Shown piece by piece: positions 29,240 through 32,000 of a DNA stretch of 32,000 nt. Positions within the stretch are counted from its first letter, which is position 1, and the number at the start of each line of letters is the position of its first letter. The stretch covers positions 3,090,001-3,122,000 of the forward strand of contig NC_000964.3 in the NCBI RefSeq assembly GCF_000009045.1. The letters run 5' to 3'. Below the pieces are notes generated by a model. The model was given only the letters and a program-made list of their open reading frames with translations, had not been told where the DNA came from and searched no databases. Source of the stretch: Bacillus subtilis subsp. subtilis str. 168 (lineage in GTDB: Bacteria > Bacillota > Bacilli > Bacillales > Bacillaceae). Made by a program: the position numbers and the translations under genes.

Positions 29240-29272
29240 TTACTTCCCTACTTTCTATACGATCTGAACCTT

Positions 29273-29410
29273 TTATAGATAAAAATGATCAATTATACTT
29301 TTTTGCCATTCAAAACCGATCATCACAAGAACAAGAAAAAAAGAACAAGCGATCACAGATGCCGCAATCAGCATTGGCACGTTACGTTTGTTTCGTTTTT
29401 TATGTTTCAT
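29273..29410 (-). CDS. ytrG: 45-aa membrane micro-protein, first cistron of the ytr operon
   Basis: Not in the ORF track (shorter than 60 aa). I translated it by hand as MKHKKRNKRNVPMLIAASVIACSFFLVLVMIGFEWQKSIIDHFYL. The ATG at 29410 lies 5 nt after a strong SD, GGAGG (AGGGAGGCAGTT-ATG). It has a basic N-terminus and one TM helix, and its stop TAA is at 29275-29273. Confidence 0.75.
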   Translation of the reverse strand: MKHKKRNKRNVPMLIAASVIACSFFLVLVMIGFEWQKSIIDHFYL

Positions 29411-29446
29411 AACTGCCTCCCTTAATGTCAATATATAAATGATTTT

Positions 29447-29518
29447 ATATTAGTGTCTATAGTGTATTACTTCAATTAGTACACTTAATACAATAAATAC
29501 TTTGACTCACAAAGTCAA
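29447..29518 (-). promoter_or_regulatory. Candidate SigA promoter(s) of ytrGABCDEF
   Basis: There are two candidates on the minus strand.
- (a) TTGAAG (29475-70), 17-nt spacer, TAATAT (29452-47). Its -35 lies inside the operator.
- (b) TTGACT (29518-13), 17-nt spacer, TATTGT (29495-90). The operator is just downstream of it.
I cannot decide between them from sequence alone. Confidence 0.5.
29461..29485. promoter_or_regulatory. YtrA operator, AGTGTA-N13-TACACT
   Basis: Perfect 6-bp inverted half-sites AGTGTA (29461-66) and TACACT (29480-85). This matches the GntR/YtrA-type operator I remember being reported for this operon. An extra half-site, AGTGTC, is at 29452-57. Confidence 0.75.
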
Positions 29519-29533
29519 TCCTTTTTTTACAAA

Positions 29534-29563
29534 AAAACGGACCCTTTTAAAAGGGTCCGTTTT
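29534..29563. terminator. Bidirectional terminator after ytzC (perfect 30-bp palindrome)
   Basis: AAAACGGACCCTTTT | AAAAGGGTCCGTTTT. The effective stem is ACGGACCC/GGGTCCGT with A/T runs on both sides. It starts 1 nt after the ytzC stop. Confidence 0.88.
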
Positions 29564-29564
29564 C

Positions 29565-29837
29565 CTACACATCAAGAGGGTGCTGCAGGATCATATTATT
29601 TTGCAAAGATTGAAGCTGAAGTCTCATTCTGTACAGCTGTTCTCTCTGCTGATCATTTGACGACAGCCATAGTTTATTCAAGGCATTTACCGCATCTTCT
29701 AGCTGCATTTGTGCATCACTATATTCTTGATCGTTATAATGCTCTTGTTTAGAAGCGATTTTCAGCTGTTCTTCAGCATAATCATAGGCCTGCATACATT
29801 GCTGGAGATGTTCATCTACTGATTGTCTTGTTGCCAC
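29565..29837 (-). CDS. ytzC: Small helical, Gln/Leu-rich protein of unknown function, 90 aa
   Basis: GTG start at 29837 with SD GGAGGGG 5 nt upstream. The heptad-like sequence is compatible with a coiled coil, and there is no TM segment or signal peptide. Confidence 0.8.
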   Translation of the reverse strand: MATRQSVDEHLQQCMQAYDYAEEQLKIASKQEHYNDQEYSDAQMQLEDAVNALNKLWLSSNDQQREQLYRMRLQLQSLQNNMILQHPLDV

Positions 29838-29932
29838 AGTAACCCCTCCTCTTGGTAATGGAAATCATCCATCATTCATATTGTAGCCTCATCTGACTTT
29901 ATTCAATAAAGTAATTTATGGTCGATATTCAT

Positions 29933-29961
29933 TTGTTCTCTTGTGAAATGCGTGCTACAAT
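29933..29961 (+). promoter_or_regulatory. Candidate extended -10 SigA promoter of ytqAB
   Basis: TTGTTC (29933-38), 17-nt spacer, then TGc-TACAAT (-10 at 29956-61, with TG at 29953-54). Confidence 0.5.
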
Positions 29962-29998
29962 TTTAGGATGCAATCGTACGCAAGGAGGCACATGAATT

Positions 29999-32000
<2,002 letters not shown>

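Noticed and set aside
19397-29410. Whether the bce/ytr block could be a phage-defence or toxin-export island.
   Set aside because: Every gene has a clear ABC-transporter, TCS or GntR identity. There are no nuclease, helicase, methylase, reverse-transcriptase, TIR, SIR2 or toxin-like domains, no mobility genes, and no flanking repeats.

Overview
This 32-kb window reads as core chromosome of Bacillus subtilis. It looks 168-like: protein sequences, lengths and gene order match my memory of the bioI-to-ytpB region, but no database search was possible. Gene order, left to right:
- bioI' (5' end only), then bioB-bioD-bioF-bioA-bioW, all on the minus strand, with the BirA operator and promoter.
- ytaP.
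- The melibiose/raffinose operon msmR-msmE-amyD-amyC-melA, on the plus strand.
- ytwF, then leuS with its Leu (CUC) T-box leader.
- ytvB, then ytvA (LOV-STAS blue-light receptor).
- yttB (MFS transporter) and yttA.
- The bacitracin module bceRSAB, minus strand.
- The cell-envelope-stress operon ytrGABCDEF, minus strand. It includes a 45-codon ytrG that is missing from the ORF track.
- ytzC, then ytqA-ytqB, then the 3' part of ytpB.

Coding density is high. Adjacent genes are often translationally coupled through 4-, 7-, 8- or 11-nt overlaps, and most operon ends carry clear rho-independent hairpins, several of them bidirectional. I see no rRNA, tRNA, CRISPR array, transposase, integrase, phage gene or recognisable defence system.

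I cannot honestly point to a foreign or wholly undescribed multi-gene system here. The parts least explained by the annotation are:
1. The structured non-coding block between ytvA and yttB, about 200 bp long and bracketed by a duplicated terminator hairpin.
2. The composite ytr operon, which encodes two different ABC machines plus a micro-peptide. As far as I know its substrate is unknown.
3. yttA, a membrane-anchored coiled-coil protein with a small Cys-containing C-terminal module.
4. A perfect 20-bp palindrome with a third half-site in the ytaP/msmR divergent region.

Eleven ORF-track entries are over-extended at the 5' end. I re-set those starts from Shine-Dalgarno spacing.
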